Assembly (NCBI GenBank): GCA_002269645.1
Contig: NIVC01002115.1
Coordinates: 1 to 64,000, forward strand
DNA: 64,000 bases
Reading direction: 5' to 3'
Origin: Macrostomum lignano
Lineage: Eukaryota
The notes below the pieces were generated by a model that saw only the letters and a list, made by a program, of their open reading frames with translations, was not told the DNA's origin and did not search any database. Position numbers and translations under genes: made by a program. Positions 1-36,100 of this stretch are shown piece after piece; positions within the stretch are counted from its first letter, which is position 1, and every line of letters begins with the position of its first letter.

Positions 1-380
1 CAAAGAAATAGTAAATAATAAGTACTTTTAACTAAACGATTTGCAACTTAACACTTTCGCCCTTAAATCACTTTAAAGCTCATTTTCAGGGAGGTTATTG
101 ACATAGATTTTTTTTTGCGGGATTTAATCGATCACTTTCCCGGACATATTGCAAGGATTATTGTATGTATCTAAATAAGCGAACTTTCTCTCTTCTCTTC
201 CTTCGTGACTCGAGAAATTTTTTGAATGAAATTTTGTCTATGGTAAGTATGTGGGGCTTTGCCCCCACACCCCAGCAGGGGCTTCGCCCCCACACCCCCA
301 TCCCCAACTTCAACCATAGACATACAAGTATGGCTCCGGGATTTATCTGAATGCATCCTGCAAAATTAAAGTGGTTTAAA

Positions 381-460
381 TAAGATATTCTATGGGTTTT
401 TCGGTCGGTATTTCACTTAAATTTAATCACATACCGACCTCAAACCCATAGAATATCTTA
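381..460. mobile_element. Short palindromic MITE-like element (possibly Tc1/mariner type)
   Basis: Perfect 19-bp inverted arms TAAGATATTCTATGGGTTT (381-399) and AAACCCATAGAATATCTTA (442-460), inner 9-bp arms 403-411 and 431-439; terminal TA on both sides. Confidence 0.55.
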
Positions 461-952
461 TACTAAATCACATCACATCACTTAAATGTCATTAACTGCC
501 CGCTAATTTCGATATTTATTTCCTGCAAGCGGGCTTAAATGCAGTCTATGGCATTAAAAGGCAAGAATAAGTGCCCAGCGGGCAGGAAGGTCATGGTACA
601 ATAATATTCATAAAGCTTTTCGTTTCCTAAATTAAAATTTTAATGCTAATTTTATATCCTATGTACACAATCGTGACAATCGTACATGTTCTGAGCCGTA
701 AATTATTAAAATGGCACGCACGCCTCGACCCTCGACTCATCGGTTGTAGGAAAGTATTCTATCATTATTACATGTAGCTGACTGTGCAATAATATGTGCA
801 ACAGAAACAAACAACTGGTCTGCCAGCTTCCTATCAAAAGCAATTTGATTTTCTCAGGAAAACCTGCATCCTAAAATTTTCCAAGAAACGTAATTTCCCG
901 TCCTACCTGAGCAGTCCTTGGCTCAACAAAGCGCACAGCTGATCTAACTCAC

Positions 953-14383
<13,431 letters not shown>

Positions 14384-15047
14384 CACTTGAATGAAGATAA
14401 AATGGGATTACAGACAATTAGCAATTACGTAATATTATTCATAGAGAAATAATGGCATGCACAGAAGAGCTGTCACCTTTTCCAAACTTCTCTATTGCTT
14501 CTTTCAATTGTATAAAATTGCTTTTGCCAAAGCAGTCAGACGATTCGAATGCAGTTAGCTAATTAGCAGGGGCCAGGCCTGAGGCCGCGGGTTTTTATCA
14601 GGTGCCGTGGCGGTGAGAGCTTCGCGCGCACTTGGCAAGATATTTTATACTTCTCTCCTGCGTGTCTGCTTAGTGACTTCGGGATGAATTGGTATTGGCT
14701 GCTAACAAGACGGCTTCCCTTCCTTTTCCTCACTCTCCCCCTCTCTGCCCCCTCCTCTGCAGCTCAGCTTGCTCACCGCCATTGAGAACCCGCCTCACTG
14801 TCCTCACTGTGAGCTCAGCAGAGTTGAGAGAAGGTTGGAAACACGCGCGCCGCCCCCAGGACACACGGCTGCTTCTTCTGCTCTGAAGAGCTCGAGAGAC
14901 AATGGCAAGTCTGATTAGATGGGAATCTTCAGGTCTAGAGGAAGTTCTTTTGGGAAGGAAAAATTCCCAAAGGAATCTCCGCACTGGAGTGGGGGGGATT
15001 TGCAAGTCATCAGTGCTCACGCTTCTATGATCAGTCGCTTTTGGTGT

Positions 15048-16100
15048 TCCTAGATCTCTCACTGCATCTCTACCTCTCATCCTTAGATCTCTCACTGCAT
15101 CTCTACCTCTCACCCTTAGATCTCGCACTGCATCTCTACCTCTCACCCTTAGATCTCTCACTGCATCTCTACCTCTCACCCTTAGATCTCTCACTGCATC
15201 TCTACCTCTCACCCTTAGATCTCTCACTGAATCTCTACCTCTCACCCTTAGATCTCTCACTGCATCTCTACCTCTCACCCTTAGATCTCTCACTGCATCT
15301 CTACCTCTCACCCTTAGATCTCTCACTGCATCTCTACCTCTCACCCTTAGATCTCTCACTGCATCTCTGCCTCTCAACCTTAGATCTCTCACTGCATCTC
15401 TACCTCTCACCCTTAGATCTCTCACTGCATCTCTACCTCTCACCCTTAGATCTCTCACTGCATCTCTGCCTCTCAACCTTAGATCTCTCACTGCATCTCT
15501 ACCTCTCACCCTTAGATCTCTCACTGCTTCTCTACCTCTCACCCTTAGATCTCTCACTGCATCTCTACCTCTCACCCTTAGATCTCTCACTGCATCTCTA
15601 CCTCTCACCCTTAGATCTCTCACTGCATCTCTACCTCTCACCCTTAGATCTCTCACTGCATCTCTACCTCTCACCCTTAGATCTCTCACTGCATCTCTGC
15701 CTCTCAACCTTAGATCTCTCACTGCATCTCTACCTCTCACCCTTAGATCTCTCACTGCATCTCTACCTCTCACCCTTAGAGCTCTCACTGCATCTCTGCC
15801 TCTCAACCTTAGATCTCTCACTGAATCTCTACCTCTCACCCTTAGATCTCTCACTGCATCTCTACCTCTCACCCTTAGATCTCTCACTGCATCTCTACCT
15901 CTCACCCTTAGATCTCTCACTGCATCTCTGCCTCTCACCCTTAGATCTCGCACTGCATATCTCTCTCACCCTTAGATCTCTCTCTGCATCTCTACCTCTC
16001 ACCCTTAGATCTCTCACTGCATCTCTACCTCTCACCCTTAGATCTCTCTCTGCATCTCTACCTCTCACCCTTAGATCTCTCTCTGCATCTCTACCTCTCA
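15048..16100. repeat. 33-bp CCCTTAGATCTCTCACTGCATCTCTACCTCTCA minisatellite
   Basis: About 32 units; produces 11-aa periodic pseudo-ORFs. Confidence 0.98.
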
Positions 16101-16481
16101 ATCGCCACAATTTATCAATTACACTTCAAAAACACAGTCGCATATTATAATAGTAATAATAATTAATACAAGTCAAATCTTTGCAAAAGTGAGGTTAGCA
16201 CACAAAAATATTCTATTTAACAATTTGCAGTGTAATAAAACTCGTGTCTTATCACATGCATGGCAGTGCACACAATATTGCATTATCAGTACTGCACCTC
16301 CAGCTTGGAATGTCTTCTTTTGCATCTAATTGATAATAATTATAACCTGCTGCATGCTGTGAAAGATAGGCCCCTCTTCTCCTCTTACGTGTAGCTCTCT
16401 GTAGAGCTGCTTTACTGATCACTATGCAACCCAGCACTCAGTCTCTAAAGGATGGGGCGAAATTTCATCTGGGCGCCAGCA

Positions 16482-16770
16482 CCAGTGGCGCCAGCACCAG
16501 GGGCGCCAGCACCAGGGGCGCCAGCACCAGGGGCGCCAGCACCAGGGGCGCCAGCACCAGGGGCGCAAGCACCAGGGGCGCCAGCACCAGGGGCGCCAGC
16601 ACCAGGGGCGCCAGCACCAGGGGCGCCAGCACCAGGGGCGCCAGCACCAGGGGCGCCAGGCATCAGGGGCGCCAGGCATCAGGGGCGCCAGGCACCAGGG
16701 GCGCCAGCACCAGGGGCGCCAGGCACCAGGGGCGCCAGCACCAGGGGCGCCAGCACCAGGGGCGCCATAT
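16482..16770. repeat. 15-bp CACCAGGGGCGCCAG minisatellite
   Basis: About 18 units. Confidence 0.97.
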
Positions 16771-17454
16771 TCTCCGGTCCCTGTTCCACCCCACACTCAC
16801 TGCACAAAGTATCATGTACACGAAGTGTACATCTGTTATGATGTAAATATGCCACTTACCAAATAAAAAAATGGATGGCTTAAAACGAACAGGAGATGGA
16901 CACAGCTCGATACTGGTTTATAAGTATATGCTGTGTGCAGCCAAGATGAGACAACGAGGCAGTTTAAAAGAGTATCAGTTTTATATGCTGCTTTCTCAGG
17001 CGGCTGTCTCCAGGCTCAGGAGCACACGTGAATGCAGACATTATTAGGTCAAGCCAACTAATAATAATTCAAATACGCAGCCGCAGGCCCAGCAGTCTCC
17101 ATCGCATCTCACTCGCCTCACCGGCCTCCTCCTTCTCCCTCACTCTCTCCCTTCTTTTTTTGCGTCGATAAACCAGCAAAAAAGCGTTGAATTCAATACT
17201 GTAATGAGATATAATTATATCATGATGAGATACAGCCGGTATTTCTGAAGCAATCTGCGCAGGAGTCCCTTCGGAGCAGCTGGTAGATGCTTCTCCGGAA
17301 TGCTCGAGTTCATAATATTTATCTAGCCATAATAATGGTGATATATAGATATACATATTCGCACTAGCTTGAATATCATCTACTTCTGCATCCTGCTCTG
17401 TATTGCACTGCATGTATCTTTAATGAATGATCTGTTCTCATCTATTTATCTCTT

Positions 17455-20185
17455 CATCTCACCCATCTCCCTCCTTTCATCTCCCTCCCCTCATCTCACC
17501 CATCTCCCTCTCCCTTCATCTCACCCAGCTCCCTCTCCCTTTCATCTCACCCAGCTCCCTCTCCCTTTCATCTCACCCAGCTCCCTCTCCTTCATCTCAC
17601 CCATCTCCCTCTCCCTTCATCTCACTCATCTCCCTCTCCCTTCAACTCACCATCTCCCTCTCCCTTTCATCTCACCCAGCTCCCTCTCCCTTTCATCTCA
17701 CCCAGCTCCCTCTCCCTTTCATCTCACCCATCTCCCTCTCCTTCATCTCACCCATCTTTCTATCCCTTCATCTCACCCATCTCCCTCCTTTCATCTCCCT
17801 CCCCTCATCTCACCCAGCTCCCTCTCCCTTCATCTCACCCAGCTCCCTCTCCCTTTCATCTCACCCAGCTCCCTCTCCCTTCATCTCACCCATCTCCCTC
17901 TCCTTCATCTCACCCATCTCCCTCTCCTTCATCTCACCCATCTCCCTCTCCCTTCATCTCACTCATCTCCCTCTCCCTTCAACTCACCATCTCCCTCTCC
18001 CTTTCATCTCACCCAGCTCCCTCTCCCTTTCATCTCACCCAGCTCCCTCTCCCTTTCATCTCACCCATCTCCCTCTCCTTCATCTCACCCATCTTTCTAT
18101 CCCTTCATCTCACCCATCTCCCTCCTTTCATCTCCCTCCCCTCATCTCACCCAGCTCCCTCTCCCTTCATCTCACCCATCTCCCTCTCCTTCATCTCACC
18201 CATCTCCCTCTCCTTCATCTCACCCATCTCCCTCTCCCTTCATCTCACTCATCTCCCTCTCCCTTCAACTCACCATCTCCCTCTCCCTTTCATCTCACCC
18301 AGCTCTCTCTCCCTTTCATCTCACCCAGCTCCCTCTCCCTTTCATCTCACCCATCTCCCTCTCCTTCATCTCACCCATCTTTCTATCCCTTCATCTCACC
18401 CATCTCCCTCCTTTCATCTCCCTCCCCTCATCTCACCCAGCTCCCTCTCCCTTCATCTCACCCAGCTCCCTCTCCCTTTCATCTCACCCAGCTCCCTCTC
18501 CCTTTCATCTCACCCATCTCCCTCTCCTTCATCTCACCCATCTCCCTCTCCCTTCATCTCACTCATCTCCCTCTCCTTCAACTCACCATCTCCCTCTCCT
18601 TCATCTCACCCATCTTTCTATCCCTTTCATCTCACCCAGCTCCCTCTCCTTCATCTCACCCATCTTTCTATCCCTTCATCTCACCCATCTCCTTCTCCCT
18701 TCACCTCACCCATCTCCCTCTCCTTTCATCTCACCCATCTCCCTCTCCCTTCATCTCACCTATCTTTCTATCCCTTCATCTCACCCATCTTTCTATCCCT
18801 TCATCTCACCCATCTTTCTATCCCTTCATCTCACCCATCTCCCTCTCCTTCATCTCACCCATCTCCCTCTCCTTCATCTCACCCATCTCCCTCTCCCTTC
18901 ATCTCACTCATCTCCCTCTCCCTTCAACTCACCATCTCCCTCTCCCTTTCATCTCACCCAGCTCTCTCTCCCTTTCATCTCACCCAGCTCCCTCTCCCTT
19001 TCATCTCACCCATCTCCCTCTCCTTCATCTCACCCATCTTTCTATCCCTTCATCTCACCCATCTCCCTCCTTTCATCTCCCTCCCCTCATCTCACCCAGC
19101 TCCCTCTCCCTTCATCTCACCCAGCTCCCTCTCCCTTTCATCTCACCCAGCTCCCTCTCCCTTTCATCTCACCCATCTCCCTCTCCTTCATCTCACCCAT
19201 CTCCCTCTCCCTTCATCTCACTCATCTCCCTCTCCCTTCAACTCACCATCTCCCTCTCCTTCATCTCACCCATCTTTCTATCCCTTTCATCTCACCCAGC
19301 TCCCTCTCCTTCATCTCACCCATCTTTCTATCCCTTCATCTCACCCATCTCCTTCTCCCTTCACCTCACCCATCTCCCTCTCCTTTCATCTCACCCATCT
19401 CCCTCTCCCTTCATCTCACCTATCTTTCTATCCCTTCATCTCACCCATCTTTCTATCCCTTCATCTCACCCATCTTTCTATCCCTTCATCTCACCCATCT
19501 CCTTCTCTCTTCACCTTACCCATCTCCCTCTCCTTTCATCTCACCCATCTCCCTCTCCCTTCATCTCACCCATCTTCCTCTCCCTTCATCTCACCCATCT
19601 CCCTCTCCCTTCAACTCACCATCTCCCTATTCCTTCATCTCACCCAGCTCCCTCTCCCTTTCATCTCACCCATCTCCCTCTCCTTCATCTCACCCATCTT
19701 GCTATCCCTTCATCTCACCCATCTCCTTCTCCCTTCACCTCACCCATCTCCCTCTCCTTTCATCTCACCCATCTCCCTCTCCCTTCATCTCACCCATCTT
19801 CCTCTCCCTTCATCTCACCCATCTCCCTTCCCCTTCATATCACCATCTCCCTTCCCCATTATATCACCATCTCTCTTCCCTTCGCCTCACCCATCTCCCT
19901 CTTCTTTCATCTCCCCCATCTCCCTCTCCCTTCATCTCACCCATCTCCCTCTCCTTTCATCTCACCCATCTCCCTCTCCCTTCATCCCATCCATCTTCCT
20001 ATCCCTTCATCTTATCCCTCTTCCTATCCCTTCATCTCACCCATCTCATTTCTCCTTCATCTCACCAATTTCCCTCTCTTCATCTCAAACATCTCCCTAT
20101 ATCTGCATCTCCCTTTCCCTCATCTCACCAATTTCTACCCCTTCATCTCACTAACCTCTCTTTCTCTTCATCTCACCCATCTCAC
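17455..20185. repeat. CT-rich complex minisatellite (CATCTCACCCATCTCCCTCTCCCTT variants)
   Basis: 2.7 kb of 24-26 bp variant units with higher-order blocks. Confidence 0.97.
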
Positions 20186-20330
20186 CAGCCTTTTGTCTGG
20201 AGACCTGTTGAAGAAGGCTGCCAGGGGTTGTTTTGTTCTATACTTTATTGCCATTCCAGTGACGTCATGCTTTGCCAGTATTTTTAAAACCGAGGTGTAT
20301 GCTACTTATAGTAGAATAATATGCGTCCCT

Positions 20331-20553
20331 AATAATAATAATAATAATAATAATAGTTGATTTCACCTGCCCTAATGGGCAGATGTGCAACCGACAGCTC
20401 AGCCGCAGCTATTGCGCGCGCATCTGAAGGCTGTTCAGTCCAAGAACTGGGGGACCTCGATTACTCCAGCTAATGCTGGCACACCCATACATGTATTTTA
20501 CAGCTGGGTGAACTGAAGCAATGCAGAGTTAAGTGTCTTGCTCAAGTGCACAA
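20331..20553 (-). mobile_element. 5'-truncated SINE fragment (V-SINE-like central domain) with (TTA)n tail
   Basis: Minus strand reads GTGCACTTGAGCAAGACACTTAACTC...CAGTTCACCCAGCTGTAAA and ends in 8 TTA repeats. It resembles, from memory, the conserved domain of V-type metazoan SINEs; no tRNA head is visible. Confidence 0.5.
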
Positions 20554-20723
20554 ATTGTTCCAGTGAGATCAAGCAATGTACATGCACTAAAATATTTTTT
20601 AAACCTACAATTTACAATCTAAAGGGACTGATATTCAGTTCCGGTACTCGCAGGGAAGTTATTGGCACGCTCGAACCCTAGACCAATTGGTAAAAATTAA
20701 GAAGATCGTCCGGCTTAAGTAGT

Positions 20724-20833
20724 GTCACGTGACTTATTTGTGAACAAAAACGGACTAACAGCCAATGGGTGACGTCACGGGCTGCGATTGGTTCATAAAA
20801 TGGGGTGGGTGTCAAAAGCGGGAGATCACGTGA
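20724..20833. promoter_or_regulatory. Cluster of palindromic transcription-factor motifs (E-box/CLEAR, CCAAT, CRE)
   Basis: GTCACGTGAC 20724-33, CCAAT 20762-66, GTGACGTCAC 20769-78, ATTGG 20787-91, TCACGTGA 20826-33. Confidence 0.35.
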
Positions 20834-21997
20834 CTGGGATATGATTTATTTCAGACAATAGCGCGGAGGGTGGGTGGATGGAAAGGGAGTGGGGTGGGTG
20901 TATGGAGTGAGTCATCAGATGAATCATAGGTGGAGAGGGGCCAGGATATCCTGGATTGAGATTTGCGCATAGCGAACTCTGGGGAAATTACATAAAAAAA
21001 TCTAGTTCACTGAGACACAAATAACAACTAGCTTTAGCCATTAATCCACAGGACGGCTGTTCCACACGTTCACGCGACTTGCTTTCCCACCTTTATTACC
21101 TTTACACCCCTCGCAATCTTTGAATTAGCTTGGAATAAGTCTTTCGCATGAGGGATGTTGACTTTCTATCTTTGCACAGTCTGCAAATAACCGGGTAAAT
21201 GAATGGAATATGACTAGCCATAATAGGACAGAGTGTACTTATTTTAGCTGGGTAAGCTAGTAGACGATATGTTGCGTTATAAACTTATTATAGCATCAAG
21301 AGTGTAAAGGCGAGAGATGGATAAATAAAAGAACAATAGAAACACTTATTTCAAATAAAAGTTAGCTAAAGTGCATCACAGCTATGCAATAAACATCACC
21401 CTAATTAATTTATATTTTGTGAACAGATTCAGTTACTCGTAAAAAAACTTATTCAGCCATTCTGAAATTAATTTTCAACTACTATGAATAGAATTAAGTA
21501 AGCGCATGCGACATCAAAAACTTAGCAAAAATACAAGCAAGAAAAAAAATAAGTCGATAGGTTTTAATTATTACAGGTTAAATTAAAGTTAAGAGAAAAT
21601 CTGTTTTCATTTCGCTGAAACCAGTCAGCGAAAATATAATCAAGATAACAACAAAATTTTAATTTATTTCGCATCGCTGAGACTTGCTTAATGAGCAGAA
21701 AAAGAGCGCAAAGGGAAACTATTTGCATACAATAAATTATAAAATTGGATTTAAATTGGTTAAATTGAAATCGAATTTATCTGGCTACTATTAGTAGATA
21801 AGAAGAGCTTTTGCTAGAGCAAAATTGTAATTAGGAGAGTTTTAATTAGCAATAAGAAGGCGTATACAATTAAATGTATGCAGAAATAAATGTACATTAT
21901 TAGTTTTTATAAATTTTTTATATCGCGAAACAAACCGCAGTCAGTTCTATTCACAAAAATAGAATAGAAAAATAGAACGAGCTACAAAACTTCTTAC

Positions 21998-22440
21998 CCG
22001 CAGTTAAGTGGGTGAGTCACGCTTATCAGTTTTCTAGCGGGCCTCTCGACCTCAAACCTCCATCCTTACCCAGCTTTATCGCCGCTAAGTGGGGTGGGTG
22101 GTGCTTATCAGTTTTCTAGCGGACCTCTCGACCAAACCCTCTCTCCTTCCTACCCCAGTTTTATCGCCGCTAAGTGGGGTGGGTGGTGCTTATCAGTTTT
22201 CTAGCGGACCTCTCGAACCCAACCCCTCCTTCCTACCCCAGTTTTATCACCGCTAAGTGGGGTGGGTGGTGCTTATCAGTTTTCTAGCGGACCTCTCGAA
22301 CCCACCCCCTCCTTCCTACCCCAGTTTTATCGCCGCTAAGTGGGGTGGGTGGTGCTTATCAGTTTTCTAGCGGACCTCTCGACCGCAACCCTCCCTCCTT
22401 CCTACCCCCAGTTTTATCACCGCTAAGTGGGGTGGGTGGT
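21998..22440. repeat. About 83-bp tandem repeat, about 5.3 copies
   Basis: GCTTATCAGTTTTCTAGCGG recurs at 22021, 22103, 22188, 22271 and 22354. Confidence 0.95.
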
Positions 22441-23116
22441 TTCGTTAATCGATTATTTCATTTAATTTCAAACGCAACTATTCTTGCCTCGCTTGGCTAA
22501 CAATGTACATTTCGTTTCTTTAATTTCTTTATAGTGCGCAACATATAATAATAATAACGGGACCAAATGTTTCCTTTCGTCGAAAGAATATTTCATATCA
22601 CAGTGGATTTGAGGAGAAAATAAAGAATTAACTTTGCACGAAAATATATGAACGCTAATATTAGCAGCTTTCTACTTAAAGCAAGTAGTATGTTACTGTT
22701 TACATAATTATACGCTTAGAAAATCTAAATTTACGATTATTCAAAACTAATTCAAAAGGGAATGTAGATACGTTTAAATAAATAAGTGAATCTGTTTAAC
22801 ACAGCAGAAGCCTTTATCGAACAAGACGAATCAAGACTCAACACAAGAGACCTGGAGATCTGATCTGATATTAAAACAAGTTCGTAATCAATAAACAAAA
22901 AATTAAAGGACGGCATGTACTTAAAATGGACGGAATGTACCTGAAATAGGCCGGATGGAGGGACAGGAATGTACCAACAACAAAATAATGTACAGAACGA
23001 CAATCTAGCTTTAATTCGATAGTTTCAGAATAAAAAATCTGTCTGTCAGTCCGTTTATCGGGCCAGCCGTTACCCCACTCGAGCATCTAAACTTCTTATC
23101 CCCCAACGCGACTCCT

Positions 23117-32241
<9,125 letters not shown>

Positions 32242-32374
32242 CACCCAGGCGCTGCGGCAACTGGCATAAATTTTTTATTTATCGGTTAAATTACTTTACT
32301 ACTCTACTGATATCAGGAGTAAGTAGTCTATATAGATTTAAGAAATGTTTGTGAGTACAGGTTCTTACGTGTCT

Positions 32375-32930
32375 AGCTACCCTAGATACCCTCTAGATAC
32401 CCTCTAGATATTCAAGATACCCTAGATACCCTCTAGATACCCAAGATACCATCTAGATGCTTAAGATACCATCTAGATACCCAAGATACCATCTAGATGC
32501 CCAAGATACCATCTAGATGCCCAAGATACCATCTAGATACCCAAGATACCCTCTAAATATCCTAGATACCCTCTAGATACCCTCTAGATACCCTATATGC
32601 CCAAGATACCCTCTAGATACCCAAGATGCCCAAGATACCCTCTAGATACCCAAGATACCATCTAGATACCCAAGATACCATCTCGATACCCTAGCTATCG
32701 TCTAAATACCCTAGCTACCATCTAAATAACCCAGCTAACATCTAAATACCCTAGCTACCATCTGAATAGCCTAGCTACCATCTGAATACCCTAGCTACCA
32801 TCTGAATACCCTAGCTACTATTTGAATACCCTAGCTACCATCTGAATACCCTAGCTACCATCTAAATACCCTAGCTACTTTCTACATAGCTAACTACCAT
32901 CTTACATACCATAGCTACCCACTACAAATA
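32375..32930. repeat. CTAGATACC / CTAGCTACC array between Asterix and AHI1
   Basis: About 20-bp units built from 9-11 bp subunits. Confidence 0.93.
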
Positions 32931-33173
32931 CCGCTTAAGTAGATATTTTAAATACATGGAGACCTTAACTCTTAAGGTTCCAATATATCAAAATAAAACA
33001 ACGAACCGAAACAATACAGCCCTATTTAATTAAACTCAAACTGAAATTATTGCTGTCAATTAGTTACTGTTTATATTTTTTAATGTTAATATACTAACAG
33101 ATTAACAGATTACACAGAACTGGAGACAAATAGTTAATAAACGCTCGTAGCAATAAAACTGTCAATCAATCTG

Positions 33174-36100
33174 TCAGTAAGACAGGAAGGGCAAAGTCAT
33201 CGGCTGGGGATTCTGCAGATAGGAGATGACAACAGCGGAGATTGACAGCATAAATGAGCTGAGAATTTGTTTCGTATCCTCGCTAGAACGACTGTTAGCG
33301 AAGCTCACGAACGCGCAGAACACAGCCATCCAACTGGCCCACTTCACTTTCAGCATCAGGCCGCACATGCTGAAAACCATTCCCAGCAGGTTCATCGTAT
33401 CCGGCGTGGTGTCCGATGGCATCGAGTCAGCTGGCGGAGGCTGGAACCTGTTTTGGGTTTGTGACAATTGGGAGCGCAAGTTATGCAAATTTACAGTTGT
33501 ATATTTTAATTCACTTCGCAAATGGAACACTACTTTAAAGATTTTTAAGGGGGTGGAGTGCTTAATGAGGATGGGATGCTTAATGAGGATGGGGTGCTTA
33601 ATGAGGATGGGTGCTTAATGAGGATGGCGTGCTTAATGAAGATAGGGTGACGTGCTTAATGAGGATGAGGTGAGGTGCTTAATGAGGATGAGATGAGCTG
33701 CTTTTTGAGGATGGGGTCTTAATGAAGATGGGGTGAGGTGCTTAATGAGGATAAGGTGAGGTGCTTAATGAGGATGAGGTGAGGTGATTAATGAGGATGA
33801 GGTGAGGTGATTAATGAGGATGAGGTGAGGTGATTAATGAGGATAGGTGAGGTGATTAATGAGGATGAGGTGAGGTGCTTAATGAGGATGAGATGAGCTG
33901 CTTTTTGAGGATAAGGTGAGGTGCTTAATGAGGATGAGGTGACGAGCTTAATGAGGATGGGATGCTTAATGAAGATAGGGTGAGGTGCTTAATGAGGATG
34001 AGGTGACGAGCTTAATGAGGATGGGATGCTTAATGAAGATAGGGTGAGGTGCTTAATGAGGATGAGGTGAGCTGCTTATTGAGGATGGGGTGCTTAATGA
34101 AGATGGGGTGAGGTGCTTAATGAGGATGGGTATTTAATGAGGATGGGGAGTAGAAAATATATTTTAGATAAGCCTACAGTTAATTAAAACTAAAAAAATA
34201 TATAAGTCTAAATTACAGGCTTTTGGATACAATAACAATATAACTTATTTATAAAAGTTGAAAAGTAAATATTATAAATGAATTTAAATGATCTTTTATG
34301 CTAAAAGGAAATATGTTAGGCACTAGTGTACTTTAACAAATAACTTGAAAAAAAATTGGAATTTTGAAAAATGAATTAAATATTTGACATATTGAATCTA
34401 TGGAGGTTTTGCTTTTATATCATACCAAAATATATTCCAATTGGACTGGTTATTAATTAATAAAGGACCCTTTTAATAATTTAATGCATTATGCCACTTA
34501 GATAAAACACTAGCAATCTTCGCCCCCCGATGGGGGACATCTGGTTAGAATCCTTGTTCTTTACAAATAACAAATAGACAGCGAACTAAAGCCTTCAAAA
34601 AACAACAACAGACATTCCCTCTAAAAACAAAACATCCCAAGACAGCAAGCATCCTCAGACAGCATTCAAGCATCGATCCCAAAATAGCAAGCATCCCCCA
34701 GGTAGCAAGCATCCCCCCGATAGCAAGCAACCCCAGATAGCAAGCATCCGCAGATAGCAAGCATTCCCCCAGACCCCAGATAGTAAGCATCCCCCAGATA
34801 GCAAGCATCCCCCAGATCGCAAGCATCCCCCAGATCGCAAGCATCCCCCAGATAGCAAGCACCCCAAATAGTAAGCATCCACCATACAATAAGTAAAGTA
34901 GCTAGTGCTACAATTTCCTTAGCTCTATAGTGGCTCCTTTAAAATTGGCATGACGCTTACTTTTATGTTTGAAATTGTGTAAATTTTATGTTTGACATGG
35001 TGGCTCTTTAATGTTTGACATGGTGGCTTTTTAATGTTTGACATGGTGGCTCTTTAATGTTTGACATGGTGGCTCTTTTATGTTCTACATGGTGGCTCTC
35101 TTATGTTTGATTCAGGGTTTTTTTAATGTCTGACATGGTGTCTCTTTATTGTTTGACATGGTGGCGTTTTACTGTTTGACATTATGGCTCTTTAATTTTT
35201 GACATGGTGGCTCTTTTATGTTTGAAATGGTGGCTCTTTATGTTAGACATGGTGGCTCTTTAATGTTCGACATGGTGGCTCTTTAATGTTAGACATGATG
35301 GCTCTTTAATGTTTGACATTGCGGCTCTTTTAATGTTTGACATGGTGGCTCTTTTATGTTGGACATGGTGGCTCTTTTTTGCTTGACATGGTGGCTCTTT
35401 ACTGTTTGACATGGTGGCTCTTTAATGTTCGAAATGGTGGCTCTTTAATGTTTGACATGATGGCTCTTTTATGTTTGACATGGTGGCTCTTTTATGTTGG
35501 ACATAGTGGTTCTTTAATGTTCGACATTGGTTGCTCTTTTATGTTCAAAAAGGTGGCTTTTTAATGTTAGACATGGTGGCTCTTTAATGTTCGACATGGT
35601 GGCTCTTTAATGTTAGACATGGTGGCTCTTTATTGTTCGACATGATGGCTCTTTAATGTTTGACATTGCGGCTCTTTAATGTTTGACATGGTGGCTCCTT
35701 TATGTTTGACATGGTGGCTCTTTTTTGATTGACATGGTGGCTCCTTTATGTTTGACATGATGGCTCTTTTATGTTTGACATGGTGGCTCTTTAATGTTTT
35801 ACGTGGTGGCTCTTTAATGTTCTTCATGGTAGCTCTTTTATGTTTGACATGGAGTCACGAATATACTTGACATGGTGACTCGTTATTGTTCGACATGGTG
35901 GCTCTTCTATGTTTGACATGGTAGCACTTTAATGTTTGACATGCTGGCTCTATAATGTTTGACATGGAGTCACATATATGTTGGACATGGTGGCTCTTTA
36001 ATGTTCGACATGGTGGCTCTTTAATGTTTGACATGGTGGCTCTTCAATGTTTGACATGATGGCTCTTCAATGTTTGACATTGCGGCTCTTTAATGTTTGA

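Noticed and set aside
14730-16150. 407-aa and 369-aa ORFs with 11-aa periodicity
   Set aside because: They come from the 33-bp array. The unique part 14777-15040 has a donor that could join RREB1-A exon 1 in frame, but it lacks a start codon and recognisable motifs, so at most it is 5' UTR.
17069-17413. 114-aa minus-strand ORF
   Set aside because: No ATG start at its 5' end, no recognisable domain and no convincing splice partners.
17369-20360. 972-aa and 977-aa ORFs (SHPSPS / HLTHL repeats)
   Set aside because: They are translations of a CT-rich minisatellite that lacks stops by composition; several frames are open at once.
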